Assembly: GCA_051652765.1 (NCBI GenBank)
Contig: JBOFUV010000034.1
Span: 1 to 64,000 of the forward strand
Length of the DNA: 64,000 bases
Source: Microcoleaceae cyanobacterium
GTDB lineage: Bacteria > Cyanobacteriota > Cyanobacteriia > Cyanobacteriales > Microcoleaceae
Reading direction: 5' to 3'
Below the pieces are notes generated by a model. The model did no database searches. It was not told the DNA's origin and worked only from the letters and a program-made list of their open reading frames with translations. Each line of letters opens with the position of its first letter. The first letter of the stretch is position 1. A program made the translations under genes and the position numbers. Below, in pieces: positions 29,561 through 40,099 of this stretch.

Positions 29561-30601
29561 TTAAGACACCTTCTGAGACACCAAAGCTTGGTAAAGTTGC
29601 TCATACTTGTTGATAATGACAGTGGCTGAAAAGCAAGTTTCAACTCGCTGACGACAGTTATGGCGGTCAATTTTGGGTAGATTTTCAATGGCAGCACAGG
29701 CTTCTGTTAAGCTATTCACCAGATATCCATCAATATCCGGACGAACAATCTCAGGAAGTGCCCCTCGGGGACAGGAAATCACCGGGGTTCCGCAGGCTAG
29801 GGCCTCTGCAAACACAATGCCAAAGGGTTCTTCCCACTCAATCGGCACAATCATTGCGGCAGCTTGTCCCAATAACATGTTCTTCTGCTCATCGTTCACA
29901 GTACCCACATATTCAATTCCGTCTTTGCCCAGGTAGGGAACGATTTCCTCCTGCCAATACTGTCCCGCTTCTCCTGTGGTGCTGTAGTTTCCAGCAATCA
30001 GCAACCGTCGTCCCGTCCGAAGGGCCGCTTGAATGGCGGTATGTGCTCCTTTGATACGTTCGATGCGACTGAGAAAAACCAAAGGAGCATCCTCGGCAAC
30101 CTGGGGTTGAAAGGCATATTTTTCCAATTCCACACCGTTATAGATGGGATGCCAAGTTCCTCCTGCGCCTCGACCTTGACGACAAATATGATTACTGCAA
30201 CCCGTAAATGTGAGGGAATTGCGAGCTAATTTAACCGCCCATTTCACAGAAGCTCCCCCCGTTGCTCGTTGATAGGACATGAGTTTGGGTAAGGGAGAAT
30301 TTAGGAATGGCAGCAGGTAAAAAATACGAGAAAAACTATGAACTAAATCAGGCTGAAATTGTTGTACGGCTGACCATAACGTTGCTGTATTTTGTAGGGC
30401 ATCAAACTTATCCTGAGACTTCAAACCGGGCCAGGGAAAATGTCGGTCAATAGGGGAAGTTGACTCTCGATGAGCGACTAATCCAACCGTATGACCGCGC
30501 GATCGCAATCCCCTTGCTAAGACATCAATAATTCGTTCTATCCCGCCATAAAGTACAGGAGGAACAGGCAATTCAGGATCGGCAGTAAGTAAAATTTTCA
30601 T
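29561..30601 (-). CDS. Glycosyltransferase family 4
   Basis: VPPVLYGGIER, EPFGIVFAEALACGTP. Confidence 0.92.
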   Translation of the reverse strand: MKILLTADPELPVPPVLYGGIERIIDVLARGLRSRGHTVGLVAHRESTSPIDRHFPWPGLKSQDKFDALQNTATLWSAVQQFQPDLVHSFSRIFYLLPFLNSPLPKLMSYQRATGGASVKWAVKLARNSLTFTGCSNHICRQGRGAGGTWHPIYNGVELEKYAFQPQVAEDAPLVFLSRIERIKGAHTAIQAALRTGRRLLIAGNYSTTGEAGQYWQEEIVPYLGKDGIEYVGTVNDEQKNMLLGQAAAMIVPIEWEEPFGIVFAEALACGTPVISCPRGALPEIVRPDIDGYLVNSLTEACAAIENLPKIDRHNCRQRVETCFSATVIINKYEQLYQALVSQKVS

Positions 30602-30605
30602 CAGA

Positions 30606-31685
30606 TTAGTTTACAGCTTGGTTTACGGGTTTTCTCAGTTGATATCTCCAGTCATTCAGTGGCTGTTCGATCAAGCGATAGAACAGATAACTAACTCCTA
30701 AGGCCATAATCCAACCTAAAATTTGCAGGGGTAAAAATAGAATACTGTCAGCAGTAATTAGTCTTAATCCCAAGTTAATAACTCGTCCTTGAAAAGGAAC
30801 ATGAAGCAAATAGAGGGAATAAGACATTACTCCAGCATATTCTAACCATCTAAGCCATGTTATTTTAGCCATTTTGGTGTCTAAGTCATACAGAAAATAC
30901 AATCCAATTGCAAAAGGAGCACTAAACCAAAGATGATTCCCAATTTTGAAGCTTAAATTAATCCAGAAACCTAAAATCATCAAAACTACAATAACTAATA
31001 GACAAATACTTCGTCTGTTTATCAAGCCTTTGGATTGCCATAAGAGAGCATAAAATACTAAAGCCCCACAAAGAAACTCTCCCCAATTACTAAAGAATAA
31101 AATCCTAGGATTTGAAACAATAAAGATAGATAAAACTCCTAAGCCAAGAGCAGTTGAAATAGCGACCATTTGACTCACACAAATCTGTAAAAGTATCAAA
31201 AATGCAACGATAACATAAAACCCAACCTCTACAACTAGTGACCAGTAAACAACAACATAGTATGGGACTTCGACGTAAGGTTGAATTAAGAATATATTTC
31301 CAATCCAGGCTTTTAAAGAGGAAGGAAATTGAGCCCAAAAATCAGATTGATTGAAGGGAGAGGAGATCAGGTTTAAAATTAGAGTTACTAAAAATGAGCA
31401 CCAATACGTTGGAAATAAACGTAAGCTTCGATCCTTAAGAAAACTAAAAGCACTATCCTTCTTTAAGATTAATCGGTAAGAACTAGCCGCAATACAGTAC
31501 CCACTAATCACAAAAAAAAGATGGACACCTAGCCAACCCGGTTCGGCAATTGACCTAAGAGCCTCCACAATCGGATGTAAAGATTCTTCGTAGCTTGTTC
31601 CAAAGCCATGAAATAGCATGACCCATAATGCAGCCAGCCCACGCCAATGATTCAGAGTTTTATATTGAGAATTCCAGGTGTTCAT
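30606..31685 (-). CDS. Acyltransferase family 3 (OafA-like O-acyltransferase)
   Basis: RGLAALWVMLFH, GVHLFFVISGY, WSLVVE, SYSLYLLH. Start taken at MNTWN. Confidence 0.9.
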   Translation of the reverse strand: MNTWNSQYKTLNHWRGLAALWVMLFHGFGTSYEESLHPIVEALRSIAEPGWLGVHLFFVISGYCIAASSYRLILKKDSAFSFLKDRSLRLFPTYWCSFLVTLILNLISSPFNQSDFWAQFPSSLKAWIGNIFLIQPYVEVPYYVVVYWSLVVEVGFYVIVAFLILLQICVSQMVAISTALGLGVLSIFIVSNPRILFFSNWGEFLCGALVFYALLWQSKGLINRRSICLLVIVVLMILGFWINLSFKIGNHLWFSAPFAIGLYFLYDLDTKMAKITWLRWLEYAGVMSYSLYLLHVPFQGRVINLGLRLITADSILFLPLQILGWIMALGVSYLFYRLIEQPLNDWRYQLRKPVNQAVN

Positions 31686-31842
31686 ACTCTTGATAAATAG
31701 AGCTTGTTGAGCTACAAATGGCGACTGACAAATAAAGCATTGCAAAATCCAAAAAACCTTTTGTTGACTCTCAATCTAAACACCTCATAAACCCTTTTGA
31801 AATTTAGGTATCTTTCTAACTATGTATGTAATACATAGACAT

Positions 31843-32595
31843 TTATAAACTTTTGTGAACAAATAAAGCATTACAGTGCTTGATTCCTGCTCTGCTATCT
31901 CGATATCGACAAAGCTCATAAAATCCATACAGTTCAAAACTATAGGAACTCAAGAATTCATTAAGTTCGCCAAAATCTTGTTGAACTTGAATATTTTTAC
32001 TGAACGAAACCTCTGAATAGATAAACTTTATTAGGTTTTGACTCAAGCGATTCTTTGCACCTTGAAGCACTTCTATTTCATATCCTTCAACATCCATTTT
32101 TAGAACATCAATGTTGATAATAGAGTGGATCTTACAGAAGTCATCAATGGTTTCAATCTTGATTGTTTCATAGTTATCAGTTGGCGGACTATGATACATT
32201 TCTTCCTGCTCTACATCTACAAGAGTATTTGTTAGAGAATTACTCAAGAGGCGAATTTTTTTCTCCCCTGATTCTGAACCGAGAGCATGATTCAATACTC
32301 TAACACTCTCTAAGTGTTTGGTCTTACTATGTAAGATTTTATAAGTTTCCTGAATAGGCTCAAAAGCATAAATTTCTGATTGTGGAAAGTAACGGTTAAA
32401 GAGAATGCTAGACTGACCAATATTTGCTCCCACATCAAAAATAACTGGCCTAGGATAACTTTTTAGTTTCCTCTTTAAGTCATACATATGACTAATTCCT
32501 TTAGGAAAAATGTTGTTTAAAGGAACTAATTCTGAAGATAAAGCAGTATTCAAAAAGCCAAAAACCATCTTGCCAAGCAAAGGTTTATATTCCAT
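31843..32595 (-). CDS. FkbM family methyltransferase
   Basis: FDVGANIGQ, AFEP, LKMDVEGYE. Confidence 0.92.
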   Translation of the reverse strand: MEYKPLLGKMVFGFLNTALSSELVPLNNIFPKGISHMYDLKRKLKSYPRPVIFDVGANIGQSSILFNRYFPQSEIYAFEPIQETYKILHSKTKHLESVRVLNHALGSESGEKKIRLLSNSLTNTLVDVEQEEMYHSPPTDNYETIKIETIDDFCKIHSIINIDVLKMDVEGYEIEVLQGAKNRLSQNLIKFIYSEVSFSKNIQVQQDFGELNEFLSSYSFELYGFYELCRYRDSRAGIKHCNALFVHKSL

Positions 32596-32657
32596 AAATC
32601 TCTTGTTTTTACAGATTGACAGCTAAAGTTGCTACAGTGAGAGGTTATTAAGAATAC

Positions 32658-33620
32658 TTAATATCTAAAAAAATTCTCCCATTCAGAAAGATTTATGTTT
32701 TCATATCCTCTCTGGCCATCTGGAACTATTCCCTCAGAAACTGCTTTTTGTATTCTTGGAAGAAGTTCAATATAACGAGTTGGTTTGGTCAATGGATGTA
32801 GTATCCATGCCTTTTCTGAAGTTAACATTAGTCGCCGACCACCAGAACCACCAATTCGTCGAATGAACATCATTTCTGGAGATTTAGGTAGAGTGCGTTG
32901 AAGATATTTAAAGGCCAGAAATTGTAGAAAGGTTTTCCCTTGAAAAAGTGGTAAGTAAGTAGAAAGTTTATCTTGATCAATTAGAAGACACTGTGTATTA
33001 AACCAGTCATTTAGCCATCCACGGCCATTTTGAGCAACTGTATAGGGCCTTCCAGTATGTAAACTTGGAGCATCAGGAAGATTTTTACATTGACTAAAAG
33101 GAGGGCTAGGTCTAGGCGACGCTACTACTGCTTCACGACATTTATTCATAACTTCTATTGCTTCAATAGACCAATCCCAGTCTGCTGATTGATAAAGTAA
33201 CATATCTGCATCATAGTGAAGAACATAGCGACTTTCTGGTATTTCAAAACCTGCAAGATATGACATTAATCCAGCACCTCTAAAATCATGAGTTTCCTGA
33301 ATCAGGCCGCCCATATATTTTTCTGATAGTGTTTGTATTATGGGATCATTGGGATAAAGATAAATCACTCTATCTAGATAACTTTTTGCCTTTAGTTCTT
33401 CGGCAATAGCACAAATCCTTTCTATTCGATGACTAAATTGAGGTTCCGGAAATCTTTGATCTGGATCAAGAACTTTGGTTTTTTGAGGTCTGCAGCAGTC
33501 AACAATTGCCAAAACTTCGTTGATACTAGATCTATGAGCCAATGAAAGTGCTGGAACAGTAATTGATGCATAATCAATATCACCAGCCGAAAGATTAATT
33601 TGTAATGTAACATCATTCAT
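32658..33620 (-). CDS. Hypothetical protein, possible GT-A fold glycosyltransferase
   Basis: YVLHYDADML DxD-like motif; cluster context. Confidence 0.5.
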   Translation of the reverse strand: MNDVTLQINLSAGDIDYASITVPALSLAHRSSINEVLAIVDCCRPQKTKVLDPDQRFPEPQFSHRIERICAIAEELKAKSYLDRVIYLYPNDPIIQTLSEKYMGGLIQETHDFRGAGLMSYLAGFEIPESRYVLHYDADMLLYQSADWDWSIEAIEVMNKCREAVVASPRPSPPFSQCKNLPDAPSLHTGRPYTVAQNGRGWLNDWFNTQCLLIDQDKLSTYLPLFQGKTFLQFLAFKYLQRTLPKSPEMMFIRRIGGSGGRRLMLTSEKAWILHPLTKPTRYIELLPRIQKAVSEGIVPDGQRGYENINLSEWENFFRY

Positions 33621-33679
33621 AATATTACCTTGTAGTTCAGTTAATTTTGAGAAGAATAAGAAGAAAAGGTAAGGATGAC

Positions 33680-34417
33680 TTAGGGTTTTGCTTCAAAATA
33701 CAAAGAATAGAAACGATGTTGATCTCGATCAATACACCCTCCTGAAAAATCACCTTGTTGCCATTTACAACGAGTAATTGTTCCAAAATTTGCTAGCTGA
33801 AGCACTTGTTCCAAACTTTCTGCATCGTAACCACCATAGTGTTCCCACTCCTGAATAAAGACATAGTTCAGGGCATCCATTTTGGTTGAAAAAACATCTT
33901 CCGGTTTATCTCCGCCACAGCCAATTTGATTCAACTCCTCCCATCCCTCTTCCAGATAAGCCTTAATATACAGTTCAGCGTCAGGAACGATAATCCGTAA
34001 GATTCCGTCAGGTTGAAGACAACGCCGACATTCTTGTAAAAATTGGGTGCGTTCATCGCTGGGATTCAGATGTTCTAGAAAATGCTCAACATGAATTCCT
34101 AAACAGGAAGAATCTGCAAAAGGAAGCGATTGCCGACAATCCGCGACCAGGGTTACGTTGACATGGGGAAATAAATCAAGATTCACCCAATTTTTATCAC
34201 CAAAAGGGCCACACCCTATATTCACCAACAGATTTTTCTGTTGATAAAGATAATGAATTTTAGCCCCGAATTCTGGATTAACTTTAGAAATAATTCTGAC
34301 CCGAATTGCCCTAAGTTCTAGTCGAATGTGATCAAAAACATGACGGCTAATTGGCAGCTTAGGAATTAACCAAGTCCCTAAACGTTGCTTTAAAGTTTTA
34401 GGGTTTGTTTCTGGCAT
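33680..34417 (-). CDS. Class I SAM-dependent methyltransferase
   Basis: VNIGCG, EHFLEHL, LQPDGILRIIVPD. Confidence 0.85.
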   Translation of the reverse strand: MPETNPKTLKQRLGTWLIPKLPISRHVFDHIRLELRAIRVRIISKVNPEFGAKIHYLYQQKNLLVNIGCGPFGDKNWVNLDLFPHVNVTLVADCRQSLPFADSSCLGIHVEHFLEHLNPSDERTQFLQECRRCLQPDGILRIIVPDAELYIKAYLEEGWEELNQIGCGGDKPEDVFSTKMDALNYVFIQEWEHYGGYDAESLEQVLQLANFGTITRCKWQQGDFSGGCIDRDQHRFYSLYFEAKP

Positions 34418-34644
34418 GATGATCAATTGTCAAATGAAAGGATATCGCAATACTTTTCCAAAAGATGTTTTGTTAGAAATTCCAGAAAAATTCATGGGAG
34501 CTTAGCTAGTAGCAGGAATTTTTAGGGTTGCAACCCTCTCTACTCCTGTAAACCAAACTAAGCCTTAACAATCCGGAGAATTGTGTTCAAAAATCTTGAG
34601 CGAATCCGATTCCTGGGCTTGCCCCAAACCTAGAACTTGGGAAA

Positions 34645-34673
34645 TTGACGTTTTTTTCAATTGATCTTATAAT
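34645..34673 (+). promoter_or_regulatory. sigma70-type promoter of recA
   Basis: TTGACG-17 bp-TATAAT, about 140 bp before the ATG. Confidence 0.75.
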
Positions 34674-34812
34674 CATGTTTATGTAATGAACTCCAGAATA
34701 GGAAGGCATCCAACCCTCAAAGCTCTATAGTTTTCCGAATCAGCTAGGTCGGTTTTGTCTTTTTTCCATCTGGGCGATTGGCATCAGTTATTTTGTTAGG
34801 TATAGAAAATCC

Positions 34813-35886
34813 ATGGCAAATCAAATTACAGATAATCCCGAACGGCAGAAAGCGCTGAGTACTGTGCTCAATCAAATTCAGCGGAGCTTTGGAAAGGAAG
34901 CGATTGTCCGTTTGGGAGATGCGACCCGGATGAAGGTAGAAACCATTCCTAGCGGGGCATTAACCCTAGATTTAGCTCTTGGTGGCGGAATACCCAAAGG
35001 ACGGGTGATTGAAATCTATGGGCCAGAGAGTTCCGGAAAAACAACCTTGGCACTTCATGCAATCGCCGAAGTTCAAAAGTCAGGCGGAATCGCTGCATTT
35101 GTAGACGCAGAACACGCTCTTGATCCTTGCTACGCTTCAGTTTTGGGAGTTGATATTGAGAACTTGTTGGTTTCTCAACCGGACACCGGAGAGATGGCTC
35201 TGGAAATCGTAGATCAATTGGTGCGATCCGTTGCGGTTGATATTGTTGTGATCGATTCTGTTGCGGCCCTTGTGCCTCGTGCTGAAATCGAAGGAGACAT
35301 GGGAGATTCTCACATGGGGCTACAAGCCCGTTTGATGAGTCAAGCCCTGCGAAAGATTACTGGAAATATTGGGAAATCCGGTTGCACTGTAATCTTCCTC
35401 AACCAACTTCGGCAGAAAATTGGGGTCAGTTATGGCAATCCAGAGACCACAACCGGAGGCAATGCCCTCAAGTTCTATGCATCAATCCGGCTTGATATTC
35501 GTCGCATCCAGACTTTGAAGCGGGGCTCTGATGAATATGGGATTCGCGCCAAAGTAAAAGTTGCTAAGAATAAGGTAGCTCCTCCATTCCGAATTGCAGA
35601 GTTTGATATTGTTTTTGGCAAAGGCATCTCGACCTTGGGTTGCCTAGTTGATTTGGCCGAAGAAACTGGTATTGTAAAACGCAAAGGCTCCTGGTATAGC
35701 TACAATAGCGACAATATTGGCCAAGGACGGGACAAAACCATCGCTTATATGGAAGAAAACCCTGAATTTGCTCAGGAGGTCGAACAAAAGGTTCGGGTAC
35801 AACTGGCTGATGGAGCAGTGGTCTCAGCCAACTCAGTCGCCCCAGTAGAAGCTGGTGACGAAGATTTTTCTGAGGAAGAAGAATAA
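34813..35886 (+). CDS. recA: Recombinase A
   Basis: [25 protein letters not shown]; no intein. Confidence 0.99.
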   Translation: MANQITDNPERQKALSTVLNQIQRSFGKEAIVRLGDATRMKVETIPSGALTLDLALGGGIPKGRVIEIYGPESSGKTTLALHAIAEVQKSGGIAAFVDAEHALDPCYASVLGVDIENLLVSQPDTGEMALEIVDQLVRSVAVDIVVIDSVAALVPRAEIEGDMGDSHMGLQARLMSQALRKITGNIGKSGCTVIFLNQLRQKIGVSYGNPETTTGGNALKFYASIRLDIRRIQTLKRGSDEYGIRAKVKVAKNKVAPPFRIAEFDIVFGKGISTLGCLVDLAEETGIVKRKGSWYSYNSDNIGQGRDKTIAYMEENPEFAQEVEQKVRVQLADGAVVSANSVAPVEAGDEDFSEEEE

Positions 35887-35915
35887 CGTTTGGCGTTTAG
35901 TCTAGTGAAGCTCTT

Positions 35916-35953
35916 TTCCGTGCCTTCTTCTCAGGGAGAGGGCATGGAATTTA
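35916..35953 (+). terminator. Hairpin after recA (terminator or mRNA stabiliser)
   Basis: TTCCGTGCCTTCTTC...GGAGAGGGCATGGAA stem with G-U pairs; weak U-tract. Confidence 0.5.
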
Positions 35954-36013
35954 TGGGTTATGGGCTAGGTTTCTCATAGAATAGAATGAATACAGTTGTA
36001 AAGATTTGTAAGC

Positions 36014-36949
36014 ATGGCTGACCAATTGATCCGCGCGACAGCGGCCAGCAACGGAATCCGGGCAGTTGGAGTGATTACTACCCGATTGACTGAGGAAGTC
36101 CGACAGCGCCACCACCTCTCACCTGTAGCTACAGCAGCCTTGGGTCGTACTATGGCTGCAGGACTACTGTTAGCCTCTAGTATGAAGCGACCTGGCTCTC
36201 GGGTTAATATCAACATCAAAGGAGATGGCCCTTTAGGTAGAGTCTTAGTGGATGCAGGTCTCGATGGTACCGTTCGAGGGTATGTAGACTATCCTGATGT
36301 GATTCTTCCCCCCAATGCTTTAGGCAAACTGGATGTCGGTGGGGCCGTTGGTCGCAATGGATTTCTCTATGTTTTACGAGACGTTGGCTATGGCTATCCC
36401 TATTCCAGCACGATTGAATTAGTTTCGGGTGAAATTGGAGATGATCTCACTCACTATCTTGTGACCTCTGAACAAACTCCTTCTGCCTTGGTTTTGGGGG
36501 TATTTGTTGACTCAGAGGGGGTTCAAGCGGCTGGGGGAATTTTGTTGCAAGTTTTACCCAAGGCCGCTAGCGATGAAGAATTAGTCCAAACGTTAGAGTC
36601 ACGGGTTGGTTCCTTGTCTGGTTTCACCCCCCTCTTACGCCAATATCAGACTTTGCCTGAAATCTTTGAAATCCTAATTGGAGACATGGGATTGCAGATT
36701 TTGTCCGAAACACAGCTTGTAAGATTTCAGTGTTCCTGCTCCTTGGAGCGGGTGTTGGGGGCATTGAAACTGTTTGGTGTGGAGGAACTTCAAGACATGA
36801 TTATTAAGGATTCAGGGGCAGAAGCCAAATGCGAATTCTGTAGTGAAGTTTATTGTGCAACTCCAGATCACTTGACTCAGCTCATTCAAGAGTTACAGCA
36901 ATCTGAGAGTGATGCGCCTCAAGTTCGGAATGCTTCAATTCTGTTTTAG
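36014..36949 (+). CDS. hslO: Hsp33 redox-regulated chaperone
   Basis: SEQTPS; CSC and CEFC zinc ligands. Confidence 0.96.
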   Translation: MADQLIRATAASNGIRAVGVITTRLTEEVRQRHHLSPVATAALGRTMAAGLLLASSMKRPGSRVNINIKGDGPLGRVLVDAGLDGTVRGYVDYPDVILPPNALGKLDVGGAVGRNGFLYVLRDVGYGYPYSSTIELVSGEIGDDLTHYLVTSEQTPSALVLGVFVDSEGVQAAGGILLQVLPKAASDEELVQTLESRVGSLSGFTPLLRQYQTLPEIFEILIGDMGLQILSETQLVRFQCSCSLERVLGALKLFGVEELQDMIIKDSGAEAKCEFCSEVYCATPDHLTQLIQELQQSESDAPQVRNASILF

Positions 36950-37005
36950 ACTTTAGTTCCGTACTTGTTTGACTAGTAGTCACTTGACTGGTAATCGTTT
37001 TAATG

Positions 37006-37053
37006 AACTACTTTAAAAACTACTTTAAAAACTACTTTAAAAGCCACTTTAAA
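37006..37053. repeat. 12-bp tandem repeat (AACTACTTTAAA, 4 copies, the last degenerate)
   Basis: Seen directly; abuts a MITE-like remnant starting near 37060. Confidence 0.88.
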
Positions 37054-37555
37054 AACCGCTGTAGCGATCCAATTTGACGCGCGAACGTGGAATAGACATC
37101 TTGTCCGCACATTCTAGAAGCCTAACCTCCTGAATGTTTATGGGTTTTGACTGGAAGTCAGTCAGGTGTTGACGCAACATCTCAACCAATTTAAATCGGT
37201 ATCATTGGGCCGTCAATCGTTGTACTGCTCTCATAAACTTAACTTTTTTTAACATGGCTATCTACAAGAGTTCTGCCATTTCCTACCTTACAATTACTCA
37301 AAATTGCTCCGAAGACAGATGTCATTTCTAATTGAAATGAATAGAATAGAAGTATGAAAGATTTGTTAGCACTATAAAAACCTGCTCTGTCAAGGCTGAT
37401 AAAACAAGTTAAATCAAGGTTTAAAGCATAGGGATCAAGAAAGACTTCCTTAAAAGAGTTGAGTTGAGTGCATCTCTAAGAAATCTTTTGCTCTCAGTAA
37501 AATCCCCAGGCTTTTACTTCAAAAAATAACATTTTAGTTTGGAGTCAAATGGTCA

Positions 37556-40006
37556 ATGGTGAATACACTGGTTCAGCAACGGTCTCAGATTTCTCAGGAA
37601 CAAGCTCTAGTATTGTGGTTTGATGAAGTAGGAATGGTTGATGTCGCTCGGGTCGGGGGTAAGAATGCCTCTCTAGGTGAGATGACGCGCCAACTCAAGT
37701 CTAAGGGGATTAATATCCCTCCGGGATTTGCCACAACAGCCGCCGCCTATCGCCACTTTTTAACATCGGCGGGGTTGGAAGCAAAACTTCGCCGATTGTT
37801 GGCTGACTTAAAGGTCGAAGATGTTGAAGCCTTGCAGCAGTGTGGTCATCAAGCTCGAGCCCTGATTCTGAATACTCCTTTCTCCCCTGAACTCGAACAG
37901 GCGATCGCCCTAGCCTACCAACAGCTCTGCAATCACTATGGTGAAAATGCCGATGTTGCAGTGCGTTCCTCGGCAACGGCAGAAGACTTGCCAGAGGCTA
38001 GTTTTGCTGGACAGCAAGACACCTATCTCAACATTCAGGGTCGGCAAGCCGTGATTGAGCACGTTCATCGCTGTTTTGCTTCCCTATTCACCGCTCGAGC
38101 CATTGCCTACCGGACATTGAAAGGATTTGACCACTTTGAGGTGGCTCTATGTGTTGGGGTTCAGAAAATGGTGCGCTCAGATCTGGCAACATCTGGGGTG
38201 ATGTTTTCCATTGATACCGAAACTGGCTTTAAGAATGCCGCCTTGATCACAGCAGCCTACGGTCTAGGAGAAAATGTGGTTCAAGGAACTGTCAATCCAG
38301 ATGAATACTTGGTGTTCAAGCCAACTTTGCGGGAAGGCTTCCCAGCTATTTTAAAAAAACGGTTGGGTTCGAAGGCCCTAAAAATGATCTATGACCCCAG
38401 TGGTTTGACCCAGAATATTCCGGTTCCTCTGTGGCAACAGCAGCAATTTGCCCTCACAAACGACGAGATTTTGCAACTGGGACAATGGGCAACGGTGATT
38501 GAAGATTACTATTCTCAGGTGCAGGGGCGCTACACCCCAATGGATATCGAATGGGCAAAGGATGGGATCACGGGGGAATTATTTATTGTTCAGGCCCGCC
38601 CCGAAACCATCCAATCCCAGAAACCCCAAGGCATTCTTCAACAGTACAAACTCCAGGACATCGGAGAAGTGTTGGTGACAGGTCGGGCTGTGGGTCACCG
38701 CATTGGCCAAGGAAAGGTTCGTGTGATTCTGAGCCCCGATCAAATGGCGGAATTTCAGCCTGGGGAAGTATTAGTGACCAGTAAAACCGACCCTGACTGG
38801 GAACCGATTATGAAAAAAGCCAGTGCAATTGTGACTGATGCGGGGGGACGGACGTGTCACGCCGCGATTATTGCCCGCGAGCTAGGAATTCCAGCGATTG
38901 TGGGGTGTACTGATGCTACCCAAACGTTACACCGAATGGGGCAAGAAGTTACAGTATCCTGCGCTGAGGGAGAAATAGGTAAAGTCTACCAAGGATTAGT
39001 GCCGTTTGTGATCGAAGAAACGATTTTAGATGCATTACCCAAAACCCGAACTCAAGTTTTAATGAATGTAGGCAATCCTGAAGAAGCTTTTGGATTATCT
39101 GCCATTCCTTGTCAAGGTGTGGGACTGGCCCGACTAGAATTTATTATCGCCAATCAGATTAAAATTCACCCCTTGGCATTGCTGCATTTTGAAGAACTCA
39201 AGGACGAAAAAGTTAAACAGAAAATCGCTGACTTAACTCCCCAATATTTATGTAAATCCGACTATTTTGTCGATAAACTCACCCAAGGAATTGCAGTAAT
39301 CGCTGCGGCATTTTATCCTAATCCTGTGATTGTGCGAATGAGCGATTTCAAGAGTAATGAATATGCCAATTTACTGGGTGGAAATCAGTTTGAACCTCAA
39401 GAAGAAAATCCCATGATTGGTTGGCGAGGAGCCGTTCGTTATACTGATCCAAAATATCGAGAAGCATTTGGGTTAGAGTGTCAAGCCCTCAAAAAAGTTA
39501 GGGATGAAATTGGATTAGCAAATGTGATTCCGATGATTCCATTCTGTCGCACCCCAGAGGAAGGGCGGAAAGTACTTGCAGAAATGGCAAAACAGGGTTT
39601 GATTCGAGGGGAGAACGGGTTGCAAATTTACGTGATGTGTGAATTACCGAGTAACGTATTGTTAGCTGATGAATTTTGTCAGGTGTTTGATGGATTCTCG
39701 ATTGGCTCAAATGACTTAACTCAATTAACTCTAGGATTAGACCGGGATTCAGGATTGGTTGCTCATCTATTTGACGAACGTAATCCCGCTGTAAAACGTA
39801 TGATCCAAATGGCAGTTGAAACGGTCAAACGGCATGGCGGTAAGATTGGAATTTGTGGCCAAGCTCCGAGTGATTTTCCAGAATTTGCTCAGTTTTTAGT
39901 TAAGTTGGGCATTGATTCAATTAGCCTTAATCCAGATTCGGTTCTAAAGACTACATTAGCAATTGCTGAAATTGAGCAATCTGTTGAATCAATGGTACAG
40001 TCTTGA
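37556..40006 (+). CDS. ppsA: Phosphoenolpyruvate synthase
   Basis: VGGKNASLGEM, RSSATAEDLP, GGRTCHAAIIARE, FSIGSNDLTQ. Confidence 0.97.
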   Translation: MVNTLVQQRSQISQEQALVLWFDEVGMVDVARVGGKNASLGEMTRQLKSKGINIPPGFATTAAAYRHFLTSAGLEAKLRRLLADLKVEDVEALQQCGHQARALILNTPFSPELEQAIALAYQQLCNHYGENADVAVRSSATAEDLPEASFAGQQDTYLNIQGRQAVIEHVHRCFASLFTARAIAYRTLKGFDHFEVALCVGVQKMVRSDLATSGVMFSIDTETGFKNAALITAAYGLGENVVQGTVNPDEYLVFKPTLREGFPAILKKRLGSKALKMIYDPSGLTQNIPVPLWQQQQFALTNDEILQLGQWATVIEDYYSQVQGRYTPMDIEWAKDGITGELFIVQARPETIQSQKPQGILQQYKLQDIGEVLVTGRAVGHRIGQGKVRVILSPDQMAEFQPGEVLVTSKTDPDWEPIMKKASAIVTDAGGRTCHAAIIARELGIPAIVGCTDATQTLHRMGQEVTVSCAEGEIGKVYQGLVPFVIEETILDALPKTRTQVLMNVGNPEEAFGLSAIPCQGVGLARLEFIIANQIKIHPLALLHFEELKDEKVKQKIADLTPQYLCKSDYFVDKLTQGIAVIAAAFYPNPVIVRMSDFKSNEYANLLGGNQFEPQEENPMIGWRGAVRYTDPKYREAFGLECQALKKVRDEIGLANVIPMIPFCRTPEEGRKVLAEMAKQGLIRGENGLQIYVMCELPSNVLLADEFCQVFDGFSIGSNDLTQLTLGLDRDSGLVAHLFDERNPAVKRMIQMAVETVKRHGGKIGICGQAPSDFPEFAQFLVKLGIDSISLNPDSVLKTTLAIAEIEQSVESMVQS

Positions 40007-40063
40007 TGGTGTAAGTCAAGTGCTAGAGTTCGGGGATTTATTCCTGCCTCTGCGCGGAGAAAA

Positions 40064-40099
40064 GCTGCTAGAGCAGAAGTGCTAAAGCAGCCTTTTTTT
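40064..40099 (+). terminator. Rho-independent terminator after ppsA
   Basis: GCTGCT-AG-AGCA-GAAG-TGCT-AA-AGCAGC stem followed by C and T7. Confidence 0.65.
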
